54,015 nucleotides of DNA, from assembly GCA_944376825.1 (NCBI GenBank), contig CALWDY010000021.1:1-54015 (forward strand), written 5' to 3'. Made by a program: the position numbers and the translations under genes. The notes under the pieces are model-generated. The model was not told where the DNA came from, searched no databases, and worked only from the letters and a program-made list of their open reading frames with translations. Numbering within the stretch: the first letter of the stretch is position 1; every line of letters begins with the position of its first letter. The DNA is from an uncultured Clostridia bacterium (GTDB lineage Bacteria > Bacillota > Clostridia > Christensenellales > UBA1242). Positions 9,238 to 17,762 of this stretch are shown in pieces.

Positions 9238-9933
9238 TTATACAGGGAAAACAATGTTATTTTTAAACGAAAACAGTCCATCTTCACCAATAATAATGTT
9301 GTCAAGCAGAACGATGCCCAAAGTGTCTAAAATTATTGCCAATTTTTCATTTGCATCATAATCTTTGCAAGATGGTGATGCTTTTCCAAGTGGATGATTG
9401 TGAGCAATCATAATAGCCTTTGCTTTGTGTCTTAAAATTGACTTTGCCAATTCCACTTTGTTTATTTTTACTTCACTAAGTTCGCCATCGACAAGTTTTT
9501 TGTATCCTGTAAAAACATTATTGTTTCCAATGAAACCTAAAACGACACATTCATTTGCATACATATTAAAAATAGGATTAAAAAAATTGTAAATATCACT
9601 GTATGTTTTGCAAGAATATTTTTTGGCGTTTTTGTCTTTTAAATAAAGTTCAAAAATTTGTGGCAAGTATGATATTGTTTTTGCAGTTACCTCGCCAACA
9701 CCTTCAACTTGCATAAGATCAATTGGGTCTGCGTCTAAAATTTTAGAAAGTGAACCGAATTCACTTAAAAGTTTGTGTGCAATATTGTTTGTATCTCGCC
9801 GTGCGTGTGACATTGTTAAAATTTGTTCAACAACTTGAACTTCACTAAGAGCTTCTAATCCAGCAGAGTCAATTAAATTTCTCAATCTTTTACGATGTCC
9901 GTTATGTTGATGCGCCTCTTTTGACATATTCAT
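9238..9933 (-). CDS. radC: RadC family JAB-domain protein
   Basis: GHRKRLR N-terminus, HhH VEGVGE, JAB motif AHNHPLG..PS..D. Confidence 0.9.
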   Translation of the reverse strand: MNMSKEAHQHNGHRKRLRNLIDSAGLEALSEVQVVEQILTMSHARRDTNNIAHKLLSEFGSLSKILDADPIDLMQVEGVGEVTAKTISYLPQIFELYLKDKNAKKYSCKTYSDIYNFFNPIFNMYANECVVLGFIGNNNVFTGYKKLVDGELSEVKINKVELAKSILRHKAKAIMIAHNHPLGKASPSCKDYDANEKLAIILDTLGIVLLDNIIIGEDGLFSFKNNIVFPV

Positions 9934-9939
9934 GGTTTA

Positions 9940-10002
9940 AGTATATCATACAAGCAAATTTGCTTGCAAGTATTTGACAATATTCAAAGATTTTGTAATA
10001 AT
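9940..10002. promoter_or_regulatory. Divergent sigma-A promoters of radC and degV with a 16-bp palindrome
   Basis: Minus strand TTGCAA-18-TATACT; plus strand TTGACA(9974)-17-AATAAT with extended TG; palindrome CAAGCAAATTTGCTTG at 9951..9966. Confidence 0.6.
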
Positions 10003-10008
10003 TTTAAT

Positions 10009-10854
10009 ATGGAAGTCAAAAATATTGGAATAAGTGCCGATAGCACTTGCGATTTGCCAAAAGAATTTATAGAAAAATATGATATAAGAATAAATGCCAT
10101 GCCGTTTTCGCTTGGAGAAGACGACCTAAGGCACGATGGTGTTACGGGAACAAGCAAAGATGTTTTTGATTATGTTGAAAAAACGGGCAAACTGCCAACA
10201 ACATCTGCTTATAATGAATATGAGTATACAGAGCATTTTAAAGAAATAAAAAAAGATTATGATGTTATTATACACTTTTCTTTTTCATGGGACATTTCTT
10301 CAACTGGGGCAAATGCCAAAAGGGCAAGTGAAGGCATGGAAAATGTTTTTGTAATAGATAGCAAAAATGTAACATGCGGGATATCACTATTAATATTAGA
10401 GTGTTGCCAATTGAGAGAGCAAGGATTAGGCGTAAAAGAAATTATAAACAAAATAGAAACGCTAAAAACAAAAGTGCAAACTTCTTTTTTAATAGACACT
10501 CTTAAATATTTGCATAAAGGTGGAAGGTGTAGTGGCGTTGCACTGCTGGGTTCAAAAATTTTAAATATAAAACCAAGAATAAGCGTTATAAACGGAAAAA
10601 TGGAAGTAACAAAAAAATACTTGGGAAGCATCAATAATTGTATGATAAAATATTGTGATGACATATTAAACGAAGTTCCTGCTGATAAAAAAAGGGTTTT
10701 TGTTGCTTATTCAACACCGCTTGATGTAAAAGATAAAATAATAAAGAAATTAAATGATTATGGTTTTGAAGAAATAATAGAGGCACAAGTTGGACCATCA
10801 ATATGTATACATTGTGGGCAAGGCGCAATGGGAGTAATATATTTAGCAAAATAG
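10009..10854 (+). CDS. degV: DegV family fatty-acid-binding protein
   Basis: DSTCDL, PTTSA, ISST, IDSK, LHKGGR, IHCG motifs; likely start ATG 10009. Confidence 0.92.
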   Translation: MEVKNIGISADSTCDLPKEFIEKYDIRINAMPFSLGEDDLRHDGVTGTSKDVFDYVEKTGKLPTTSAYNEYEYTEHFKEIKKDYDVIIHFSFSWDISSTGANAKRASEGMENVFVIDSKNVTCGISLLILECCQLREQGLGVKEIINKIETLKTKVQTSFLIDTLKYLHKGGRCSGVALLGSKILNIKPRISVINGKMEVTKKYLGSINNCMIKYCDDILNEVPADKKRVFVAYSTPLDVKDKIIKKLNDYGFEEIIEAQVGPSICIHCGQGAMGVIYLAK

Positions 10855-10865
10855 GGAGAGTATTT

Positions 10866-11702
10866 ATGAAAATTTGTATATCATGCGATAGCACTTGTGA
10901 TATTCCAAAAGATTTATTGCAAAAATACGATATTCACTTAATGCCAATAACAATAATGCTTGGCACACAAGAACATCATGATGGAATAGACATAACGCCC
11001 GATGATGTTTTTGCGTTTGTTGACAAAACAAACGAGTTGCCAAAAACGTCTGCTGTTAATATCTATGAGTACACAGAGTATTTTAAAAAATTAAGGCAAG
11101 AATATGATGCGGTTATTCACTTTTCTCTTTCGTTTGCAATATCATCAACGGGCAATAATGCAAGGCTTGCAAGCAACGAAGTTGATAATGTTTATATTAT
11201 AGATACAAAAAGTTTGTCTAGTGGTTCGGGACTTTTGGCACTTTCTTGTGTTGATAAAATTAAAGAGGGCAAAGATATTTCAACAATAGTAAAAGAACTA
11301 GAAGAAGAGTCAAATAAGGTTCAAGCCTCCTTTCTTCTTGACACTTTACGCTTTTTGCACAAAGGCGGAAGATGTTCAAGTATTGCACTTTTGGGAGCAA
11401 ATGTATTAAAAATAAAACCTAGAATAAGTTTGGTAGATGGAAAAATGCAAGTTACAAAAAAATATAGGGGCAACATTGAAGATGCACTTTTAAAATATGC
11501 AGATGACCTTTTAAAAGAAATACCGCCAAACAAAAAAAGAGTATTTGTAACATATTCAAGCCCTGTTGAGCCAACAAGAACAATTCTTTTAGAAAAACTA
11601 AAAAGTTATGGGTTTGAAGAAGTTTTAGAAAGCAGTGCATGTTCAACAATTTGCACACATTGTGGAAGAAAAACTCTTGGAGTGTTGTATATTGCACAAT
11701 AA
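10866..11702 (+). CDS. degV: DegV family protein (tandem paralogue)
   Basis: Same motifs; RBS GGGAGAG before ATG 10866. Confidence 0.92.
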   Translation: MKICISCDSTCDIPKDLLQKYDIHLMPITIMLGTQEHHDGIDITPDDVFAFVDKTNELPKTSAVNIYEYTEYFKKLRQEYDAVIHFSLSFAISSTGNNARLASNEVDNVYIIDTKSLSSGSGLLALSCVDKIKEGKDISTIVKELEEESNKVQASFLLDTLRFLHKGGRCSSIALLGANVLKIKPRISLVDGKMQVTKKYRGNIEDALLKYADDLLKEIPPNKKRVFVTYSSPVEPTRTILLEKLKSYGFEEVLESSACSTICTHCGRKTLGVLYIAQ

Positions 11703-11852
11703 ATAATATTTTTGTGTGCAAAATTGCCAAAATCCTTTAAAATAATGGGTTGTGGCAATTTTTTTATCAATTTTAGTTTGAAAATAAATAAAAATGGGCT
11801 ATAATATATGTACTTAAAGAGTTCTTTAAGAATACACAAAAAGGGGATATAA

Positions 11853-12125
11853 ATGAACAAAGGAGAATTTATAAAAGCCATGGCAGATAAAGCTTCTTTA
11901 ACTCAAAAAGAAGCAACAGTGGCATACGATGCTTTTGTAGGAGCAGTTACAGACGCCTTAAAACAAGGCGACAAAGTTCAACTTGTTGGATTTGGAACAT
12001 TTGAAGTGCGTGAAAAATCAGCAAGAGAGGGAATCAATCCTCAAACAAAAGAAAAGGTTAAAATTGAAGCTTCAAAAGCACCAGTTTTAAAATTTGGAAA
12101 AGCCTACAAAGATCTTTTTAATTAA
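11853..12125 (+). CDS. hup: DNA-binding protein HU
   Basis: MNKGEFI, VQLVGFGTFEV, REGINPQT. Confidence 0.96.
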   Translation: MNKGEFIKAMADKASLTQKEATVAYDAFVGAVTDALKQGDKVQLVGFGTFEVREKSAREGINPQTKEKVKIEASKAPVLKFGKAYKDLFN

Positions 12126-12138
12126 ATTTAATTTGTTT

Positions 12139-12180
12139 AAAAAAATCACCACATTCAAATGAAGTTGTGGTGATTTTTTT
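12139..12180. terminator. Bidirectional terminator
   Basis: AAAAAATCACCACA...TGTGGTGATTTTTT. Confidence 0.8.
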
Positions 12181-12219
12181 ATGTAAACCTTAAATTAAAT
12201 AGCATTTAAACAAACAGAG

Positions 12220-12963
12220 TTAATTATCTAAATTTGCGTTTGCAATTTTTTCTTTTGCTTTCTTTTTGTCAAGTTTAATTTGTTTTGCATCAATTTTTTT
12301 TGTTAAAATTTTTGCGTGTTCGTAAATGTTGTCATGAACTTCAATAAACTCTTTGCAATATTTTTTTATAGAATCATTAAAAGCTTTAAATTCAGTTAAA
12401 TATTGGCTTGGACCAGCAAGTTTTACGGTCATTCCGTTTGATTTGTGCTGGCGTTTTGTTTCATAATTTTCATATCTAATTTCTTCAAGACATAAATATG
12501 CCCTAAACCCAGAACCACTTATAACCTTATATACATTTGCATTAATAAATATTGAAACTTTTGGTACTACATTTTTTAAAACATTTTCAAGGTCAATATA
12601 TATTGGAGTTGAAAATATGCTTTTTATTCCATCAACCAAATAAAATGCATGATCTTTAATGGTGTCTTTAATCCCCACTTTGTGAGAAAACACCCTTTGA
12701 GATGATGCTTTTAGGTTTGATGATTGTGCAACTTTAAAAAAAACACGATCATCTTCTTGAATTCGAGATAGAACAATTCCTGCTTTGTTTAAAATATCGT
12801 TTGGAGTGTCGTAAAAAGTTTCACTGCTTTTTACAGGACCAAAATATTGAAATCTATAAAATTTTAAAATGTGCTGTAATGCAAGAATTTTTCCAAAAGG
12901 TTTATCTGTTAAGCCTTCATATTTTACAACATCATAATTTTGAAGTTCTACAAACTTTCCCAC
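12220..12963 (-). CDS. Hypothetical protein, distant CYTH-like domain
   Basis: FYDTPNDILNKAGIVLSR resembles the CYTH YxDT..L...g..LR motif; start probably GTG 12963 after GGAGG (ATG 12999 also possible). Confidence 0.6.
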   Translation of the reverse strand: MGKFVELQNYDVVKYEGLTDKPFGKILALQHILKFYRFQYFGPVKSSETFYDTPNDILNKAGIVLSRIQEDDRVFFKVAQSSNLKASSQRVFSHKVGIKDTIKDHAFYLVDGIKSIFSTPIYIDLENVLKNVVPKVSIFINANVYKVISGSGFRAYLCLEEIRYENYETKRQHKSNGMTVKLAGPSQYLTEFKAFNDSIKKYCKEFIEVHDNIYEHAKILTKKIDAKQIKLDKKKAKEKIANANLDN

Positions 12964-13144
12964 AATTCCTCCATATGTTTTTAGTTTATCTAATTTCATC
13001 AAAAAAATCAATTATAATGATAGAATTAATAAATTTAATAATTATATTGTAAAAAATTGCGAAAAATTTATATTGCTGATATAATAACATAAAAGTTGTG
13101 TTAACATAGTTCATAATTTTAATTTAATTAAAAGGGAGAATAAA

Positions 13145-13432
13145 ATGGAAGATAAAAACAAAGAAAGCAAAATTTACACTTATGTTGGACTTTGCGTTGC
13201 AATTGCATCAATGATTATGTACATGTTTGTTAGTTACTATATGTTTGGAATAGCAAAACTTTTGTTTAACATAGGTAATGTGCTTTTGTGTGCAAGTTCA
13301 ATAATTTTTGCTTGCTTTGGATACAAGCAAGACAATAAAGTGCTTACTCTTGTAAACATGGCTACTTTTTGTGTGTCAATAACCATTATGATTTCTTTAA
13401 TATTTGAAATAGTAAGAAATTATATATTTTAA
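13145..13432 (+). CDS. Small membrane protein (about 3 TM)
   Basis: RBS GGGAG; three hydrophobic stretches; terminator follows. Confidence 0.75.
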   Translation: MEDKNKESKIYTYVGLCVAIASMIMYMFVSYYMFGIAKLLFNIGNVLLCASSIIFACFGYKQDNKVLTLVNMATFCVSITIMISLIFEIVRNYIF

Positions 13433-13436
13433 ACTA

Positions 13437-13478
13437 AATACACTTATTTTTCTTAATGTTAAATAAGTGTATTTATTT
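13437..13478 (+). terminator. Terminator hairpin
   Basis: AAATACACTTATTT...AAATAAGTGTATTT. Confidence 0.65.
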
Positions 13479-13520
13479 TGATAAAGTAAAAAAAAAGTAT
13501 ATAATGATGCAAGGAGAATT

Positions 13521-14618
13521 ATGTATCAAGCACTGTATAGAAAATATAGACCAAAAACATTTGATCAAATTGTTGGGCAAGACCATATTGTTAAAACGCT
13601 TTCAAATCAAATAAAGCAAGGGCAAATTAGTCATGCATATCTTTTCACGGGAACAAGGGGAACGGGAAAAACAACAACGGCAAAAATTTTTGCAAGAGCA
13701 ATTAACTGTTTAAATCCACAAAACGGTTCTCCTTGCTATGAGTGTGAGGTTTGTAAAGCCCTTGCCGACAACAACAATGTTGATGTTGTAGAAATAGATG
13801 CTGCTTCAAACAATAGGGTTGATGAAATAAGAGATATAAGGGAAAAAGTCAAATTTTTGCCTGTAAGTGGGAAATATAAGGTATATATTATTGATGAAGT
13901 TCATATGCTTACCGAAAGTGCATTTAATGCACTTCTTAAAACGCTTGAAGAACCACCATCACATATAGTTTTTATATTGGCAACAACAGAAGTGCACAAA
14001 CTTCCAGCAACAATACTTTCAAGATGTATGCGTTTTGATTTTCATTTAATCAGCGATGAAATTTTAATACAGCAATTAAAGCAAATTTTTAAAAACGAAA
14101 ATGTTGAGTGCGAAGAAGATGCCTATAAAATAATTGCTTCATCGGCAGAAGGGAGTGATAGGGATATGCTTTCAATTGCAGATTGCATGGTTGCTTATTC
14201 TCATGGAAAAGTTACGGCCGATCTGGTTATGAATATTTTAGGCAGAACAAACCATGAAACATATTTGTCTATTTGCAAAAGCATACACGATAAAGACATA
14301 GGAACAGCGCTTACAATTTTAGATAATGTGCAAAAATCAGGCAAAAATATGAGTGTGGTTGCAAAAGACTTGACATTGTGTTTTAGAAATCTGTTGGTTG
14401 TTAAAACTTGCAAAGATGCAAACAAAATGCTAAATTTTACATCACAAGTTTTTGAAAACTATAAAGAATTGTCAAATAAGTTTGAAACCAAAGAACTAAT
14501 GGAAAACATGAAAATATTTTCGGCAATTGAAGCAGAAATAAAATATGCAATGTCCCCAAAAACACTAATAGAAACAGCAATAGTATCGTGTTTAACTGAT
14601 AGTCAAAAAAAAAACTAA
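13521..14618 (+). CDS. dnaX: DNA polymerase III subunit gamma/tau (0-frame, gamma-length product)
   Basis: LYRKYRP, GTRGTGKTT, Zn-binding Cys cluster, IIDEVHML, SRC motif. Confidence 0.97.
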   Translation: MYQALYRKYRPKTFDQIVGQDHIVKTLSNQIKQGQISHAYLFTGTRGTGKTTTAKIFARAINCLNPQNGSPCYECEVCKALADNNNVDVVEIDAASNNRVDEIRDIREKVKFLPVSGKYKVYIIDEVHMLTESAFNALLKTLEEPPSHIVFILATTEVHKLPATILSRCMRFDFHLISDEILIQQLKQIFKNENVECEEDAYKIIASSAEGSDRDMLSIADCMVAYSHGKVTADLVMNILGRTNHETYLSICKSIHDKDIGTALTILDNVQKSGKNMSVVAKDLTLCFRNLLVVKTCKDANKMLNFTSQVFENYKELSNKFETKELMENMKIFSAIEAEIKYAMSPKTLIETAIVSCLTDSQKKN

Positions 14619-14995
14619 TTTTAATAACTAAACAAGCAAAATTACAAGAAAAACAAAAAAGTATTGATTATAAAAATCTTTCGGCACGAACAATATGGGG
14701 GAAAATTATTGTATATTTAAGAGAGCACAACAACATAATTTTGCATATAGTTTGTGGTGATATAACTGATGTCGATGTTGTTAATGAAAAGTTTATCATA
14801 AAAACAGCAGAGCAAAGCATAATTGATATGCTTAATGAAAAAGAAAATTATAAACAATTACAAAATGCCTTTAATTTTTTTGGTTTTGAAAAATTTGAAA
14901 TCGAAAAAAGTAAAAAGCAAGCAACAGATGAAGATAATATTAAAGTTTTAAACAAATATTTTAATAATGAAGTAATTATAATAAACAAAAAATAA
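14603..14995 (+). CDS. dnaX: C-terminal tau extension of DnaX in the -1 frame
   Basis: -1 frame is open from 14603 (just after TAG) through the A10 run to the stop at 14995; no good start or RBS; linker then IWGKIIVYLRE. Confidence 0.75.
   Translation, partial: SKKKLILITKQAKLQEKQKSIDYKNLSARTIWGKIIVYLREHNNIILHIVCGDITDVDVVNEKFIIKTAEQSIIDMLNEKENYKQLQNAFNFFGFEKFEIEKSKKQATDEDNIKVLNKYFNNEVIIINKK
14605..14614 (+). other. A10 slippage/frameshift site in dnaX
   Basis: AGTC-A10-CTAA immediately before the 0-frame stop. Confidence 0.7.
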
Positions 14996-15005
14996 GGAGA
15001 TTTAT

Positions 15006-15335
15006 ATGAATAATTTTAGAGGTGGATTTGGAGGATTTAATGGAGCAAATCTTCAAAATTTAATGAGACAAGCGCAAAAAATGCAACAAGACATGGAAAA
15101 GGCAAAAGAAGAGTTGGTAAACACAGATTTTGTAGGAACAAGCGGGGGTGGAATGGTTCAAATAACTCTTACAGGCGACAAAAAGGCAAAAAAAGTTGAA
15201 ATAAAAAAAGAAGTTGTTGACCCAGACGATGTGGAAATGCTTGAAGATTTAATTCAATCAGCAATAAATGATGCTGTGGAGAAAATAACAAAAGCCGAAC
15301 AAGAAAAATTGCCATCACTTCCACAAGGACTATAA
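15006..15335 (+). CDS. ybaB: YbaB/EbfC nucleoid-associated protein
   Basis: MRQAQKMQ, GGGMV, VDPDDVEMLEDLI; dnaX-ybaB-recR synteny. Confidence 0.95.
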   Translation: MNNFRGGFGGFNGANLQNLMRQAQKMQQDMEKAKEELVNTDFVGTSGGGMVQITLTGDKKAKKVEIKKEVVDPDDVEMLEDLIQSAINDAVEKITKAEQEKLPSLPQGL

Positions 15336-15336
15336 A

Positions 15337-15924
15337 ATGTATATAGAATCATTAGAAAAATTAATAAATGCATTTCGCAAATTGCCAGGGGTTGGATATA
15401 AAACTGCACAAAGATATGCTTATAGTATTTTAAATGGCACAAATGAAAGTGCAAAAGAATTTGCTGAAAGTATATTGTCGGCAAAAGAAAAAATAAAGTT
15501 TTGCAATGAGTGTGGAAATTTTTGTGAAACAGAAATTTGTGAAAATTGTTTAAAGAAAAACAAACAAATAATTTGCGTTGTTAAAGAACCAAAAGATGTT
15601 GTTGCAATGGAAAAAGTCAAAAGTTTTGACGGAGTTTTTCATGTTTTGCATGGGACAATTAGCCCACTTGAAAATAGGGGTCCAAACGATATAAGAATAA
15701 AAGAACTGTTGCAAAGAGTACAAAAATACAACACCAAAGAAGTTATAATGGCAACAAATCCAGATGTTGAAGGTGATGCAACTGCAATGTATATTTCAAA
15801 ACTTTTAGAGCCTTTAAATGTCAAAGTAACACGCTTGGCACAAGGGGTAAGCATGGGTAGTGAACTTGAATATGCCGATGAAGTAACACTAACAAGAGCA
15901 CTGGAAAGAAGAATAAAAATATGA
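15337..15924 (+). CDS. recR: Recombination mediator RecR
   Basis: LPGVGYKTAQR, C4 zinc finger, TOPRIM ATNPDVEGDAT, ELEYADEVTL. Confidence 0.97.
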   Translation: MYIESLEKLINAFRKLPGVGYKTAQRYAYSILNGTNESAKEFAESILSAKEKIKFCNECGNFCETEICENCLKKNKQIICVVKEPKDVVAMEKVKSFDGVFHVLHGTISPLENRGPNDIRIKELLQRVQKYNTKEVIMATNPDVEGDATAMYISKLLEPLNVKVTRLAQGVSMGSELEYADEVTLTRALERRIKI

Positions 15925-16164
15925 TACAAAATATTTTAAATTAAAAAAAATTAAAAATTTTTAAGAAATACTGAAAATCATTTAACAAATCGGATTTGTT
16001 TGATATATCTTATTTGAAATTTTATTAAAAAAACTTACAATTAATATTTTAGTTGTTGCTAGTTAAATTTTCATTTATAAATCATTATTTTTAGGATTTT
16101 AATTATAAAAGGGTCAAATAGATTTAAACATTTACAAATTAGTTAATTTATAAAGGAGTTGTCT

Positions 16165-16623
16165 ATGGAAAAAATCAAAAACAAAAACATATATTTATGT
16201 TTATTTTTGGCTGTGATATTATTATTTTCTTGCGTTTTTTTGTTTACTGGGTGTGGTGATAATAATGATACTTCAACAGATGGTGACACTGATACATCAT
16301 CTGTAACAAGAATTCAACTTACAGTTAATAATATTTCTCGTTATTTGGGTATTAATTATAGTGTAGAAAAAACAAAGTATAATTCTAATACAATAGCAAA
16401 TTATGTAAACCATGTGTATAGTGTTGAAACATATAGTCTTGGAGAATATCGCTTTGTAAACCTTGTGATTGAAATAGGTGTGAAAGGAGCAAAAGATCAG
16501 AACAGAATCAGTGAAAATGGTTATGGTTCGTTTTTCTTCGTGAGAAATGGTCCGTTGCAACCTTTTATGTCTCCAACAAGACCAGTTGTTAAAAGGGTTG
16601 TGTCTGGTTATGTTGAAGTTTAA
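16165..16623 (+). CDS. Putative lipoprotein
   Basis: RBS AGGAG; lipobox FTGC followed by a D/T/S-rich linker. Confidence 0.75.
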   Translation: MEKIKNKNIYLCLFLAVILLFSCVFLFTGCGDNNDTSTDGDTDTSSVTRIQLTVNNISRYLGINYSVEKTKYNSNTIANYVNHVYSVETYSLGEYRFVNLVIEIGVKGAKDQNRISENGYGSFFFVRNGPLQPFMSPTRPVVKRVVSGYVEV

Positions 16624-17347
16624 AAATATAAAGAACATATTATTGATTTTGCCGTTATTTCTTTTTTCAATAATTTCTATGTATGGTTGCAATGAACAAA
16701 AATTCAACATTTCATTTTATTTAGATGGTGCATATTTAGAAACTCAAGAAACAAGTGATTATGTTGATTATCCCAATTTTTTTGTTGCAGATGGAAATGT
16801 TATTGATGGTTGGTATTTAGATGTAAATTATTCTGAAAAGTTTAATTTTTCAAATAAAATTATGGAAGATATATCGTTATATGCTAGAAGTTTAACATAT
16901 GTAGAAGCGTTTAGTAAATTGGTTAATCAAAGTGGCGAAGAAGTGTCAGATCATGAAGTTGGAGTATCAAACGTAGGTGGTTTAGCAATTAAACTACTTG
17001 GGGGAACAGGAGTTATTAAAACAAATGGTTATTTAATTAATCATAATAATTCTATTTATATTTTCGAACATAATCGCGTTGATAAGTATAATCATTATGT
17101 TTTCATTTGGGATTTAAAAACGGGACAAGGTAGCATAACAATTGCCGAAATAGATACTTATAGAGTTAAATTTATGGCATCATTTAATTTAAGTTATGAA
17201 ATGGACATAAAATCAATAGAAGATACAATTTTTTATGATACTCAAGTGTCAACGGATTACATTTATAAAAATGGTATTGTAAAAACAAAAAAAGCCATAC
17301 AGGAGTATTTGACTCAACTTGACGAATTAATAAGGATAAATTTTTGA
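16610..17347 (+). CDS. Putative lipoprotein with InlB B-repeat-like domain
   Basis: ATG 16610 overlaps the upstream gene; lipobox MYGC; DGWYLD...FNFS..I.EDISLYA. Confidence 0.72.
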   Translation: MLKFKNIKNILLILPLFLFSIISMYGCNEQKFNISFYLDGAYLETQETSDYVDYPNFFVADGNVIDGWYLDVNYSEKFNFSNKIMEDISLYARSLTYVEAFSKLVNQSGEEVSDHEVGVSNVGGLAIKLLGGTGVIKTNGYLINHNNSIYIFEHNRVDKYNHYVFIWDLKTGQGSITIAEIDTYRVKFMASFNLSYEMDIKSIEDTIFYDTQVSTDYIYKNGIVKTKKAIQEYLTQLDELIRINF

Positions 17348-17411
17348 TTTTACACATAATTAAAAATTTGTAAATTATAGTTTAAAAAAACAAAAAAAGA
17401 ACTTTACTATT

Positions 17412-17456
17412 TGAAATGAAGCCCAAAAGTTAGACAACTTTAGGGTGTTCACTTCA
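17412..17456. mobile_element. Miniature remnant made of two fused IS3/IS150-like inverted repeats
   Basis: TGAAATGAAGCCCAAAAGTTAGACA...CTTTAGGGTGTTCACTTCA with TG...CA ends, inside a longer hairpin (AAAAAGAACTTTAC/GTAGAGTTCTTTTT). Confidence 0.5.
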
Positions 17457-17495
17457 TTTTGTAGAGTTCTTTTTTATGTGGCAATTAAATAAAAT

Positions 17496-17762
17496 TTAAT
17501 CTTCGTTTTCTAATTCTTTTATAAAATCATTTATTACTTTTTTTGCGTCTTCATTATTTTCGTTTATTGTGTCAATAAGTTCATATAACATAACAAGTTT
17601 TTCGTGATTGATTGTTTTTTCATATTTAACTGACGCATCTATGTTGAGGGGATTCCCACATTTTGGACAAAAATTTAATTTCAATGTTCCATCTTTTGAA
17701 ACCTTTTGACCACAACTTGCACAAGTTATGTTTTGTCCGTCAGTTTTTATACCATTCATCAT
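17496..17762 (-). CDS. Small zinc-ribbon protein
   Basis: CASCG...FCPKCG; ATGA overlap with the upstream gene. Confidence 0.8.
   Translation of the reverse strand: MMNGIKTDGQNITCASCGQKVSKDGTLKLNFCPKCGNPLNIDASVKYEKTINHEKLVMLYELIDTINENNEDAKKVINDFIKELENED

Noticed and set aside
13433-13520. SRP RNA upstream of dnaX, as in B. subtilis
   Set aside because: Only a terminator and promoter-like AT-rich sequence; no SRP core motif
14741-14995. Independent 84-aa gene
   Set aside because: TTG start without RBS; the frame is open back to the dnaX A10 run, so it is better explained as the tau extension
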